From contig JBGCFM010000096.1 in the NCBI GenBank assembly GCA_045106895.1, positions 1-50,552 of the forward strand: DNA of 50,552 bases, read 5' to 3'. Positions within the stretch are counted from its first letter, which is position 1. Every line of letters starts with the position of its first letter. This DNA is from Polyangiales bacterium (lineage in GTDB: Bacteria > Myxococcota_A > Polyangia > Polyangiales > Houyiibacteriaceae). Below the pieces are notes generated by a model, which worked only from the letters and a program-made list of their open reading frames with translations, had not been told where the DNA came from and ran no database searches. This document shows, one piece after another, positions 16,634-27,175 of this stretch. The translations under genes were made by a program, and so were the position numbers.

Positions 16634-19216
16634 CTACTTCTTCTGCGTAAACGTGAACTCTTCGTCCGCCACGTCCACGGCCACCGTGTCGCCGTCGACG
16701 TAGCCGCCTTCAAGCATGGCCTGCGCCATGGGGTCCTGGAGGTTCTTGAGGATGACGCGCTTGAGAGGCCGCGCTCCAAACGCAGGCTCGTAGCCGCGCT
16801 CTACGAGTAGGTCCTTGGCGTCTTCGGTGACGTCCAGCTCGATGCGCCGGTAAGCCAGGAGCTTGGCGAGCTTGCGCAGCAAGATCTCGACGATGCCGCG
16901 GAGGTCGTCTTTGCCGAGGGGGTCAAAGATGACGACGTCGTCGATGCGGTTGAGGAACTCGGGGCGGTACTTCTTGTGAAGCTCCGCTTCGACCTTCTCG
17001 CGCAGCTCGTCGTCCGTGCCTTCGTGGTCGAGGATAAAGTGGCTGCCGACGTTGCTCGTCATGATGATGACGGTGTCTTGGAAGTGCGCAGGCCGCCCGC
17101 GCGAGTCCGTGAGACGGCCGTCGTCGAGGACCTGGAGGCAGATGTTGAAGACATCCGGGTGGGCCTTCTCCATCTCGTCGAAGAGAACGACGCTGTAAGG
17201 CCGCTGACGCACGGCTTCGGTGAGGAATCCGCCCGCATCCGAGTCCTTGTAGCCGGGAGGCGCTCCCAAAAGACGCGCGACCATGTGCTTCTCCATGAAC
17301 TCACTCATGTCGAGACGCGTCAGCGCAGCTTCGTCGTCGAAGAGGAACTCCGCGAGGGCCTTGGCGAGCTCGGTCTTTCCGACACCCGTGGGTCCGAGGA
17401 AGAGGAAGCTACCGATGGGTTTTTTGGGGTCACGCAGACCTACGCGCCCACGCCGGACGGCCTTGGAGATGGCCTGGACCGCGTGATCCTGTCCCACGAC
17501 GCGCTTCTTGAGCATCTCTTCCATGCGAAGGAGCTTCGTCGTCTCCTCCTCCATCATCTTGCTGACGGGAACGCCGGTCCAAAGCGCGACGACATCAGCG
17601 ACGTCCTGGGGCAGCACTTCGTTCTGCACCATCGGCGTCTCGGTCTCGGCCTCGTCCATGTCTTTGGTCGCTTCGGCGAGCTGCTTTTCAAGGATCGGGA
17701 TGGACCCAAAACGAAGTTCGCCGGCGCGTCCGTGGTCGCCGCTCGCGCGCACCTGTTCAAGCTCGCGGTTTGCCGCGTTGAGCTCTTCTCGGAGGCGGCG
17801 CACATCGCCCACGCCGCGCAGCTCACGCTCCCAGCGCGCTTTCATCGCGTCGATGCGAGGACGAAGCGCCTCAGCTTCGGACTGAAGCTTGGCGAGGTGA
17901 CCTTGGGAGTCTTTGTCGTGATCGTCGGCGAGGGAGTTGATCTGAATCTCGAGATCTTCCATGCGGCGGCGCATCGTATCGAGGGCCGTCGGCTCGCTCT
18001 CGATCTCCACGCGAACGCGCGCCCCGGCTTCGTCGATGAGGTCGATGGCGCTCTTCGGGAGCTGAACGCCCGGAACGTAGCGTCGCGCAAAGTTGGCCGC
18101 GGCGACGAGGGCCGGGTCGCCAATGCGAACGCCGTGCACGATCTCGAAGGCGGAGACGACACCGCGAAGCACCGCGATGGCTTCATCGAGAGTCGGCGGG
18201 TCCACCTGGATGGTGACGAAGCGTCGAGCGAGCTGCGAGTCTTCGTCGAAGGCTTTGCGCATCGAGTCCGGCGTGGTGACGGCGATGACGCGCATCTCAC
18301 CGCGTCCGAGCGCCGCTTCGATGAGGTCACCGACGCTCGCGGCTTTGCCCGTCAACGCTCCGAGGTCTGGGATGAAGAGAATGATGCCGCCGGCGGAGTC
18401 GCGAACGGCGGAGAGAAGCGCTTTGGTTCGGTCTTCGAGCTGGCCACGAAGACTTGCGCCAGCCACCAACGCGCCGATGTCGAGAGACACGATGCGCTTG
18501 TCTTTCAGCATGTTCGGCACGTCGCCGACGGCGATTCGCTGAGCCAAGGCTTGAACAATGGTGCGCTTGCCGATTCCAGGTTCGCCAACGAGCAGCGGGT
18601 TGTTCTCGCGGCGTCGACTCAACACCTGAAGCATGCGGAGGATCTCGGCGCTTCGGCCAACGGTGGGGTCGAACTTTCCTTGAGCGGCATGTCGGGTGAG
18701 GTCGATGCCGTACATCTCAATCGGGTCGCCCACGTCCTTGGACTTGGAGCGTCCGGAGCTGCCACCGCGGTCTTCCGTCGATGTCTTCTCCACGAGGGCG
18801 CGAAGAACAGGGGCGCTGAGCCCCGCTGCGCGAAAGACCTCTTTCACCTGGCTGTCGTCCTGGGCGCAGGCGAGGAGCAGGTGCTTGACGCCAACGGGGA
18901 CTCCGCCGTTCCGTGCCGCTTCGCCTTCGGCGCGACCCAGCAAGTCGAGCATGCTCCGGGAGAGGAAGGACTTGCCCTTGCTTGAAGTTCGAATCTTCCG
19001 AAGGAGAAGCTCCGCCTCCACGGCCACGTCCGTCGGGTCCACGCCGCCATCCGCGAAGGCCTCTTTGACGCTCTGGCTGTTCTCGACCAGCTCGAACAAA
19101 AGGTGGAGGGGCTCCACGTCCGTGTGTCGCCGGTCATCCGCCAAGGTCTGTGCGGCGGAAATCGCCTGCTTGGCGTCTTTGGCGTAAGCCTCGAGTCGTA
19201 AAGTCAATGTGCTCAT
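16634..19216 (-). CDS. clpB: ClpB-like Hsp100 AAA+ chaperone with degenerate NBD1
   Basis: Clp N-domain, NBD1, coiled-coil M-domain (RAGELRFGSIP), and NBD2 (GSFLFLGPTGVGKTELAKAL, VVLFDEMEKAHPDVFN, FGARPLKR). Start ATG at 19216. Confidence 0.88.
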   Translation of the reverse strand: MSTLTLRLEAYAKDAKQAISAAQTLADDRRHTDVEPLHLLFELVENSQSVKEAFADGGVDPTDVAVEAELLLRKIRTSSKGKSFLSRSMLDLLGRAEGEAARNGGVPVGVKHLLLACAQDDSQVKEVFRAAGLSAPVLRALVEKTSTEDRGGSSGRSKSKDVGDPIEMYGIDLTRHAAQGKFDPTVGRSAEILRMLQVLSRRRENNPLLVGEPGIGKRTIVQALAQRIAVGDVPNMLKDKRIVSLDIGALVAGASLRGQLEDRTKALLSAVRDSAGGIILFIPDLGALTGKAASVGDLIEAALGRGEMRVIAVTTPDSMRKAFDEDSQLARRFVTIQVDPPTLDEAIAVLRGVVSAFEIVHGVRIGDPALVAAANFARRYVPGVQLPKSAIDLIDEAGARVRVEIESEPTALDTMRRRMEDLEIQINSLADDHDKDSQGHLAKLQSEAEALRPRIDAMKARWERELRGVGDVRRLREELNAANRELEQVRASGDHGRAGELRFGSIPILEKQLAEATKDMDEAETETPMVQNEVLPQDVADVVALWTGVPVSKMMEEETTKLLRMEEMLKKRVVGQDHAVQAISKAVRRGRVGLRDPKKPIGSFLFLGPTGVGKTELAKALAEFLFDDEAALTRLDMSEFMEKHMVARLLGAPPGYKDSDAGGFLTEAVRQRPYSVVLFDEMEKAHPDVFNICLQVLDDGRLTDSRGRPAHFQDTVIIMTSNVGSHFILDHEGTDDELREKVEAELHKKYRPEFLNRIDDVVIFDPLGKDDLRGIVEILLRKLAKLLAYRRIELDVTEDAKDLLVERGYEPAFGARPLKRVILKNLQDPMAQAMLEGGYVDGDTVAVDVADEEFTFTQKK

Positions 19217-19316
19217 GGGCGGGTAACGTCGCCCTTCATGCAACCTGCCGTCAACAGGCGTGTGATCTGGCGCGCGAGTGGTCGCCGGCGGCGGTTCGGG
19301 CTATTCTATCCAGGCT

Positions 19317-19934
19317 GTGACCCGAATACTCCCTCTCACCTGCTTGCTGCTTTGCGTCTCGTGCGAAGTCGGACGCCTCTACAGCACCATTGGCGAACCC
19401 CTGACCCTTGTGGACAGCGGGCCCGGTATGGACGCGGGCCCGGGACCCGACGCCGGTCCTCCGCCGCCGGGCATGGACGCAGGTCCGCCGCCGGGCATGG
19501 ACGCGGGCCCACCTCCGGGCATGGACGCGGGCCCTCCCGCGCCCCCAGGCTGTGAGTCCGCCACCGAAGGCGAGGAGCGCGCCATCACGAACGTCGAGCG
19601 AACAGGCGCAGGCCTTGGCCCACTCGCTTGCGACGCGCAGATGGTCCTGGCGGCGCGAATACACGCGCAGGACATGTGCGATAACGGCTACTTCAGTCAC
19701 AGCTCCCAAGACGGCCGAAGCTTCGGTGACCGCATGCGCGCCCAAGGCGTCATGTTTGGCGCTGGTGGCGAGAACATCGCTCAGGGTCAGCGCACGCCTC
19801 AGGCTGTTCACACGGCATGGATGAACAGCTCCGGTCACCGCGCCAACATCATGAATAGCCGCTACAACCGTATCGGCGTCGGTCACTCGGACTGCGGCGG
19901 ACGAAACTACTGGGTCCAGGTCTTCGCGGACTAG
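19317..19934 (+). CDS. CAP (SCP) domain lipoprotein with GMDAGPPP linker repeats
   Basis: AARIHAQDM..GYFSH, GENIA, WMNSSGHRANIM, GVG, YWVQVF. Start uncertain (GTG 19317). Confidence 0.88.
   Translation: MTRILPLTCLLLCVSCEVGRLYSTIGEPLTLVDSGPGMDAGPGPDAGPPPPGMDAGPPPGMDAGPPPGMDAGPPAPPGCESATEGEERAITNVERTGAGLGPLACDAQMVLAARIHAQDMCDNGYFSHSSQDGRSFGDRMRAQGVMFGAGGENIAQGQRTPQAVHTAWMNSSGHRANIMNSRYNRIGVGHSDCGGRNYWVQVFAD
19425..19541 (+). repeat. Imperfect ~24-bp tandem repeats encoding GMDAGPPP
   Basis: ggcatggacgc(a/g)gg.cc units read directly. Confidence 0.8.
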
Positions 19935-21061
19935 CGCGTGAAACGAAGCGTCGTCGATGCCTCCAGACCTTGGTAGGCGACGCGGAGTGAGACCTCGCCG
20001 GGCGCAGACCGAATGAGTCCGTCGACGGAGATGGAGGTAGCCCCGCCGCGGGCTTCGAGGCGGGCGTCGCGCGGGGATATCGTGCGAGGCGACCCATCGT
20101 CGCAATGCCCAAGGACCGTCGTAGGAACGGAGCGGTTGCTGGGTGAGCGCCGGCGAAACGCGTGGAGCGTAAGGTGCGTTGGCTGGCAATCCTCGTCCGA
20201 GAGCGCGTAGCGGAGAGCATCCCGCATGCGAGGACCGGCCTCGTCCGAGCCGTGCGCTCGTCCGATGGCTTCGTAGTAGCCCACGCTCACCTCGTGCCGC
20301 TCTAGCTCGATTCGCAGCTGCCTCGCATCTGCGACCATGTATGGGACGTCTTGGCGACCGTTCCCTTCGCGCGTGCCCACATCGAGCCAGACCCGGCTGG
20401 GCCAAGCGCTCGCGTGAGCGACAGCTTGAAGCGCCGCGCGCTCGGAGAACCAGAGGCTCGGAGACATGGCGACGACACGGGGGAAACGTTCCGGGTAGCG
20501 AAGGCCAATATGAAGCGCTGCGAGACCACCGAAGCTGTAGCCGAGCACTGCGCCGCTCTCTTGCAGCGGCACCTGACCTTCAACGGCCGGGAGCACGACA
20601 TCCACGATGTAGTCCGCGAAGGCCTCCACGCCGCGACGAGGGTTCTCGAGGCGCCTGCCCGAGCGCAGAGCTCGCCGGCTTGCGAGGGTGGGGGTCATCT
20701 CCGGCGTTCGGTCAATCGCGGGGATCGCGATCACGACCCAAGGGTCCAAGACGCCTTCGCTCACCAGCGCTGCAAGGCTGCTGTCCACGCCGAACCACTC
20801 TTCGTCAAAAGCGAGGTCCCCATCGGTCACAACCAGAAAAGGAAAACCATCCGCTGGCGGCGGCGTCGACGGGATCAACAACTCTACCCGGCGGGCCTGA
20901 ATGGTGGCCGTGCCAAGGGGCTCAAGCTGCGCTCGCTGCCAGGAGACCTGCGGCGCGCGCCACGCATGCGTTTCGGCGGGCTCGCTCGTACTCGGCGCCT
21001 GCGGAGCGCTCTCAGGGCCGCACGCGATGAGGGCCAGAATCAGGAATCGCCAATACACCAC
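19931..21061 (-). CDS. Secreted alpha/beta-hydrolase esterase (Fes/IroE-like)
   Basis: Nucleophile elbow GYSFGG, MSPSLW, WLDVGTRE, catalytic His region; lipobox LIAC. Confidence 0.85.
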   Translation of the reverse strand: MVYWRFLILALIACGPESAPQAPSTSEPAETHAWRAPQVSWQRAQLEPLGTATIQARRVELLIPSTPPPADGFPFLVVTDGDLAFDEEWFGVDSSLAALVSEGVLDPWVVIAIPAIDRTPEMTPTLASRRALRSGRRLENPRRGVEAFADYIVDVVLPAVEGQVPLQESGAVLGYSFGGLAALHIGLRYPERFPRVVAMSPSLWFSERAALQAVAHASAWPSRVWLDVGTREGNGRQDVPYMVADARQLRIELERHEVSVGYYEAIGRAHGSDEAGPRMRDALRYALSDEDCQPTHLTLHAFRRRSPSNRSVPTTVLGHCDDGSPRTISPRDARLEARGGATSISVDGLIRSAPGEVSLRVAYQGLEASTTLRFTR

Positions 21062-21110
21062 GGCGATGACAACAACGTGCTGAGAAGGTTCCCCATTCCG
21101 CAGCCGAGCC

Positions 21111-21202
21111 GTATACTACGACACACCCAATAAAAACCGTATACAGAGAACTTGCTAATGATTTCATGCGCTTGGAACACGAAACGTATACGGAGTGTAT
21201 AC
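21111..21202. promoter_or_regulatory. Four GTATAC palindromes in the AT-rich divergent intergenic region; putative operators
   Basis: GTATAC at 21111, 21139, 21186 and 21197; one copy extends to CGTATACG. Confidence 0.5.
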
Positions 21203-21256
21203 GAATTGTGTTCTGTGAGGCTGGCGAGCTCCCCGAGCGACGCTTACACCTAGGTC

Positions 21257-22144
21257 ATGGCCAAAGCGCCCATCGAAGTCTTCGACTTCCTCGACTACCG
21301 AGATTTCCTGCGCGGCTACTACGAGCACAAGAAGGCCGGTCGGGGGTTTTCGTATCGGGCTTTCTCGCGTCGTGCAGGTCTGAAGTCGCCGAACTACCTG
21401 AAGCTCGTCATCGACGGAGAGCGCAACCTCACGCCGGCCATGGCGGAACGTTTTGGCGAAGCTTGTGGACTTCGGGGAAGCGGGCTTCGTTTCTTCGTCG
21501 ACCTCGTCGCCTTCAACCAAGCCAAGACGTCGGAAGAGCGCGCCGAGCGTTACCGTGATCTCACGGGCCATCGCAGCTTCCGAAAAGCTCAGCGTCTCGA
21601 CCTTAAACACGCGGAGTACCACAGCGAGTGGTTCATCCCCGCGGTACGCGAGCTCGCGCACCGGGCGGACTTTCGGGCGGATGCCGCTTGGATCGCCACG
21701 CAGATGATGCCGCGCATCTCCGAGTCCGAGGCGGAGCGTGCGCTCCAGGTGCTGAGTGAGCTTCAGATGCTCCAGGAAGACGAAGATGGAGGTGTCTCGC
21801 CCACCGACGCCTTGGTCACCACCGGCCCCCAGACGAAGTGGGTGCACATCGGCGAGTACCACCGCGTGATGATGCAGCGCGCCGCCGAGTCCATCGATTT
21901 GGTCCCCGCGGCGGAGCGGGACATCTCCTCGCTCACGCTCTGCGTAGACGCGGGCAAGCTCCAAGAGATCAAAGCGCAGCTGCGCGTGCTCCGTCAGTCG
22001 CTTCTGGCCCTCGCCGACGACTCCGTGGACCCGGCGCGTGTCATCCAGATCAACTTTCAGCTCTTCCCCTTGTCCCAGGCACCCGTCGACATCGCCATGG
22101 TCGAAGAAGGCGCCGACGAGGACGTCAAAGAGGACGCTCCATGA
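21257..22144 (+). CDS. TIGR02147/DUF4423 family protein (N-terminal HTH)
   Basis: FDFLDYRDFL, FSYRAFSRRAGLKSPNYLKLVIDGERNL, W..PAVREL, ERDISSLTL, QINFQLFPL. Confidence 0.9.
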   Translation: MAKAPIEVFDFLDYRDFLRGYYEHKKAGRGFSYRAFSRRAGLKSPNYLKLVIDGERNLTPAMAERFGEACGLRGSGLRFFVDLVAFNQAKTSEERAERYRDLTGHRSFRKAQRLDLKHAEYHSEWFIPAVRELAHRADFRADAAWIATQMMPRISESEAERALQVLSELQMLQEDEDGGVSPTDALVTTGPQTKWVHIGEYHRVMMQRAAESIDLVPAAERDISSLTLCVDAGKLQEIKAQLRVLRQSLLALADDSVDPARVIQINFQLFPLSQAPVDIAMVEEGADEDVKEDAP

Positions 22145-22821
22145 AACGCCTTATGCCCCTTGTCTTACTCGCCGCCTGCCTCGGAACGGAGACCGGCAAC
22201 CCACCCCTCGAGCCCGTTGAGCTCGACCGAAACTTGCTCACGTTCAACGACGAGGGCGAGAGCGTGCAGGTGGTGGGTTCCGCCGGCGCGGTCATGCCAG
22301 GCGGCGCGAACGTGCAGTTCACTCCCCTCGATGGGAGCCCGGCGTTCCGTGTTGTCAGCGAAGCGGACGGCAGCTTCCTCATCGAGCAACCCTTCACGGC
22401 AGAGGTTCGCCTGCAAGCCATCGAAGGACGCTCGCGCTCGGACGTCTTCGACCACGACTTTGTCAGTGACGCGTTCACAGCGGTCTGCCAACCCGTGCCG
22501 AACGTCGACTTCGTGCGTATCGATGGGCGCTCCGGCGAGGACGCCATCGGATACGTCACCGTGAGATGGCCCTGCGGCAATCCGCCTTCGGCGACGATGC
22601 TCTACGGCGACCAGGGTCTCAGCGTCGGGGGCGCCACCGGCGGCGTCACCACTCAGTCTGCGCAGGACACGCTCACACTTGCGATCACCTTTGATGGACG
22701 CGCCGGCGAAGTGGAAGACCACGTCGTCGTGTCGATGGGCACCTCGCGGGCGGTGATCACCGTCGTCGCTGAAGCCTGCGATGACGAGTGCCATCGCGTC
22801 TCGCCGCCGGAAGATCTCTAG
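22141..22821 (+). CDS. Lipoprotein with GTETGNP motif
   Basis: ATGA overlap with TIGR02147; MKRLMPLVLLAAC-LGTETGNP. Confidence 0.75.
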   Translation: MKRLMPLVLLAACLGTETGNPPLEPVELDRNLLTFNDEGESVQVVGSAGAVMPGGANVQFTPLDGSPAFRVVSEADGSFLIEQPFTAEVRLQAIEGRSRSDVFDHDFVSDAFTAVCQPVPNVDFVRIDGRSGEDAIGYVTVRWPCGNPPSATMLYGDQGLSVGGATGGVTTQSAQDTLTLAITFDGRAGEVEDHVVVSMGTSRAVITVVAEACDDECHRVSPPEDL

Positions 22822-22885
22822 AGCCTTCGAACTCTAGTAGCCGAACCACTTAGCTTAGAAACTCAAATCCTCGAAAGTCAGTCTT

Positions 22886-23638
22886 ATGAAAACCCTCCCT
22901 CTCCTCCTCATGTGTCTTGGGCTCGTCGCCTGCGCCGCCGACGTTGAAGTCGGACTCTCCAAACAAGAAGTCCGCAACATGGCGCCGGGTGACCGCGACT
23001 ACTGCGAAGAGTTCGATTGGTATGGCGACGGTGAATGCGACAGCTTTTGCACCCGCCCAGACAGCGACTGCGGTGGCTGCATCACGACGGGCTGCTCGGG
23101 TCAGATCTGCGCCCGCGAAGAGATGGCGTCCACCTGCGAGTTCCGCCCCGAGTACGCTTGTTATCAAGAGGTCGGCACCTGCGAAGAGCAGGCGGACGGC
23201 GCTTGTGGCTGGACAGACACGCCCGAGCTCAGCAGCTGCCTGAACCCCACGCCGGAGCCCGCAGCGTGCCGCCCCACAGGCTGCTCAGGGCAGATCTGCT
23301 CCGACGAAGATGTGATCACCACCTGCGAGTTCCGGCCGGAATACGCCTGCTACGACGACGCGGAGTGCACGCGACAGGACGACGGCGCCTGCGGCTGGAC
23401 AGAGACCGCCGAGCTCAGCGAATGCCTCGGTGACCCCACGCCGGAACCTGACACCTGCCGCGCCACGGGCTGCTCTGGACAGATTTGTGCGAGCGAAGAT
23501 GTCGCGTCCACCTGCGAGTTCCTCCCCGAGTACGCTTGTTACCAAGAGCACGGCGTTTGCGAAGCCCAAGCCGACGGCGAATGCGCGTGGACTTCTACGC
23601 CAGAGCTCGACATGTGCCTCGAAAGCCCAGGCGCTTAG
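22886..23638 (+). CDS. Lipoprotein with three eight-cysteine-cluster repeats
   Basis: LVAC lipobox; 3x CxxTGCSGQIC...TCEFxPEYACY...C..Q.DG.C.W...EL..CL; N-terminal WYGDGECD.FC..PD.DC motif. Confidence 0.85.
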   Translation: MKTLPLLLMCLGLVACAADVEVGLSKQEVRNMAPGDRDYCEEFDWYGDGECDSFCTRPDSDCGGCITTGCSGQICAREEMASTCEFRPEYACYQEVGTCEEQADGACGWTDTPELSSCLNPTPEPAACRPTGCSGQICSDEDVITTCEFRPEYACYDDAECTRQDDGACGWTETAELSECLGDPTPEPDTCRATGCSGQICASEDVASTCEFLPEYACYQEHGVCEAQADGECAWTSTPELDMCLESPGA

Positions 23639-23666
23639 TACCACGCTTCTCTTCGGCTCGTCGTCG

Positions 23667-23693
23667 ACGCCGCGTCCTTTTTGGGCGCGGCGT
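23667..23693 (+). terminator. Probable stem-loop/terminator after the Cys-rich gene
   Basis: ACGCCGCGTCC-TTTTT-GGGCGCGGCGT followed by tcgcgttt. Confidence 0.45.
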
Positions 23694-23762
23694 TCGCGTT
23701 TAAGCATGTTTCACTCTGCACAGAAGTTGCCCCCTTTTGATCACGGAGCCTAGCTTCGACGA

Positions 23763-24281
23763 ATGAGAGCCCTTCTTGCCCTGGTCCCACTCTTGTTCTC
23801 CGCGTGTATGTTTACCGGCGTGGGTGCTGAAGAGGTTCTGCGCGACGCCGTCGTGGGCATCAATGACGAGATGCGCTGGAACCGCATTGACCTCGCCGCC
23901 CAGCGAGTCGCCCCGCCTTATCGCGGACATTACCGGCTCACGCACCACAGCTGGCACCGCGACTTTCAGATCGCGGACACCGAGATCATTCACGTCGAGA
24001 TCGGCGAGGAGCGCGCGACGGCCACTTCGATGGTGATGATTCGCTGGTATGACCAGCGCACGATGCTCGTGGCGGAGACCACGCTTCGCCAAAAATGGAC
24101 GAAGGTCGTCGGCGGCTACATCCTCATCAACGAGGAAGTCGCCAGCGGGAACGAGCGACTCATCGCGATTCCAGAAGACCTTCAAGACTTCGAAGGCTCT
24201 CGAGAGTCGGAGCCAGAGCAAGAGGAGGCGAGCGGCGCTACGGATGAAGCGGAGCTCGCTACCTTGACGCTTGGTGAGTAG
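23763..24281 (+). CDS. Hypothetical lipoprotein (NTF2-like fold possible)
   Basis: LLFSAC lipobox; MRWNR..LAA; Q.W...G.Y.L..E. Confidence 0.7.
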   Translation: MRALLALVPLLFSACMFTGVGAEEVLRDAVVGINDEMRWNRIDLAAQRVAPPYRGHYRLTHHSWHRDFQIADTEIIHVEIGEERATATSMVMIRWYDQRTMLVAETTLRQKWTKVVGGYILINEEVASGNERLIAIPEDLQDFEGSRESEPEQEEASGATDEAELATLTLGE

Positions 24282-24291
24282 CGCTTAGCGC

Positions 24292-25262
<971 letters not shown>

Positions 25263-25266
<4 letters not shown>

Positions 25267-26249
25267 AGCTCGTTCACCTCGACGCCCGCTCCAGGCTTGG
25301 CAACCAGTGTACTCAGGACGCCGTCGGTGCGACCCAAAGCGCGCTTTACGCGGGACGCGTCCTTGGCGTGACAGAGGGCTTTCACGTGGGGACCGGCGTC
25401 CATGGTGGCCCAGACGCTGACGCCCTTCTCGCGGAGTGTCTCGATGGTGCGGAGCGCCGCAATGGTGCCCGGCTGCCAGTAGAGGATGCCCGGGGAAGAG
25501 CTCATGGCGCAGGCATGAAAGGACATCGTGCTCTGCTCCATGATGGAGCCAACTCGGTCCAGGTCCTTCGCTTTGACGGCCCGTCGCAGCTTTCGCGTGA
25601 GCCCCGGCGCTGCCTCCACCCAAGCATCGTAGATGGGTGAGGTTTTACGCGAACGCTCCATGCCCTCGGTGGAGCCAACCTTCTTCGGCCCCTTCGCGGT
25701 GACGGCCACGACGATGCGAACGTCCCAGTGGTCTTCCGGCGCGATCTTCTTGGCCGCCAAAAGTGAGTCGCCTGGCTTACCTGCTGGGAGCTCGACGAAG
25801 CCTCCGTAGATGGAGCGGGCGGCGGAGGCGCTCGACCAGCGCGCCATGGCGCTGAGTCGTTTGTCCGAGGAACGAAGCCCAAAGGCTTTGCTGGCTGCGG
25901 CGGAGAGAGCCGCGAAGCCACTCGCGCTGGAGGCGAGGCCTGCCGCGGTGGGAAAATGGTTGGTGGAATCAACGCGGGCGAAGAGCTTGTTCTTCGACTC
26001 TTTGCGAAGGCGGCGGAGCATCTCGACAACCCGCTTAGACTCCTTGGCGCCCGCCTTGCGGCCATCGAGGAAGACGCGGTCGGCCTTGAGGCGCTCATCC
26101 AACTGAACCGTGGTCTCCGTGAGGAGTCCATCCAAGGTCAGGGAGATGCTGGGAACCGCTGGGAGGTTGTATCGAAGGTCGCTCTTACCCCAGTACTTGG
26201 CGAGTGCGATGTTGGCTCGGGCCTTGGCCTGGATCCGTGGAAAAGTCAT
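25263..26249 (-). CDS. mvaD: Diphosphomevalonate decarboxylase
   Basis: NIALAKYWGK, PAVPSISLTL, PTAAGLASSASGFAAL, SAARSIYGGF, TMDAGPHVK. Confidence 0.95.
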
Positions 26250-27175
26250 CAAAGTCCTGCTTGGGTAGTGAAACTCATGGAAGCGTGAGGAGCCATCGCC
26301 TGCTGAATCGCACGGGCGTGGTCCATATCTTGGCCCAAAGCGATGACACAGCCGCCTGCGCCGGCACCGGTGAGCTTGGCACCGAGGCTGTCGGCGGACT
26401 CGGCGGCGCGACAGAGCGCCTCGATGCGCTCCGTGGACAGCATGAGCCCGGAGAGGAGCGTCTGGTTCATGGACATTAGTTGCCCAACTGATTTGAGGTC
26501 GCCATCTTCGAGGGCGAGTCGAGCGTTTCGAACGAGGGCGCTGATGGCGTCGAAGGCTTGGCCCACACGCTCGGGGTCGCGCTCCTTCTGACGGGCCACC
26601 ATCGCCACGACCTCTTTGGTGCTGGAGCTCTCGCCACTGTGGGCGATGACGAGCGGGAGGGGCCGCGCGACTCGAATATGCTCGAGAGGCTCACCTCGGC
26701 GAAAAATGGCCACGCCGCCGCAGGCGCTCATGGCGTTGTCGACGCCGGAAGGGTTGCCGTGGAAGACGCGCTCCCAGACGAGGGCTGCGTCCGCGCGCTC
26801 CTCGGGGCTTCGCTCGATCTCGTAGAGCCCGTCCAGGGCCACGCATGCCGCGACACCCATGGCGGCGGAACATCCGAGGCCTGCGCCGCCAGGCAAATGC
26901 ACATCCAGCTTGATGCGGGCACCACGTTCGCCCTCGTAGCTGGCGAGGAGCGCCCCAAATGCCTGACTCAGCGGCTGCTCGTCCGAAGGCCCAAGGTCGA
27001 GGCCCCAAGGCTCAACGATGAGGCGGCTCTCGGCGTGAGAGCACGCCTGGGCTTTTGCGTCCACGCCGAGGCCAATCCCAGCTGCGAGGGCAGGGTGGCC
27101 ATGAACCACCGAGTGCTCGCCGAAAAGGATGACCTTTCCGCTGGATTTGCCGCTTGCCTCGCGTGGAGCGCTCAT
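26249..27175 (-). CDS. mvk: Mevalonate kinase
   Basis: GKVILFGEHSVVHG, PGGAGLGCSAA, HGNPSGVD, GAKLTGAGAGG. Confidence 0.93.
   Translation of the reverse strand: MSAPREASGKSSGKVILFGEHSVVHGHPALAAGIGLGVDAKAQACSHAESRLIVEPWGLDLGPSDEQPLSQAFGALLASYEGERGARIKLDVHLPGGAGLGCSAAMGVAACVALDGLYEIERSPEERADAALVWERVFHGNPSGVDNAMSACGGVAIFRRGEPLEHIRVARPLPLVIAHSGESSSTKEVVAMVARQKERDPERVGQAFDAISALVRNARLALEDGDLKSVGQLMSMNQTLLSGLMLSTERIEALCRAAESADSLGAKLTGAGAGGCVIALGQDMDHARAIQQAMAPHASMSFTTQAGL

Noticed and set aside
16976..18985. 669-aa plus-strand ORF
   Set aside because: Antisense shadow of the clpB-like gene, caused by high-GC codon bias.
23080..23620. Long DNA repeats resembling a template/variable-repeat or mobile-element structure
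   Set aside because: They are in-frame Cys-domain repeats, with no reverse transcriptase or recombinase nearby and no evident adenine-specific variation.
25267..25623. N-terminal extension of the 443-aa ORF (possible fusion)
   Set aside because: It overlaps mvaD in another frame; the kinase motif starts right after GTG 25266.
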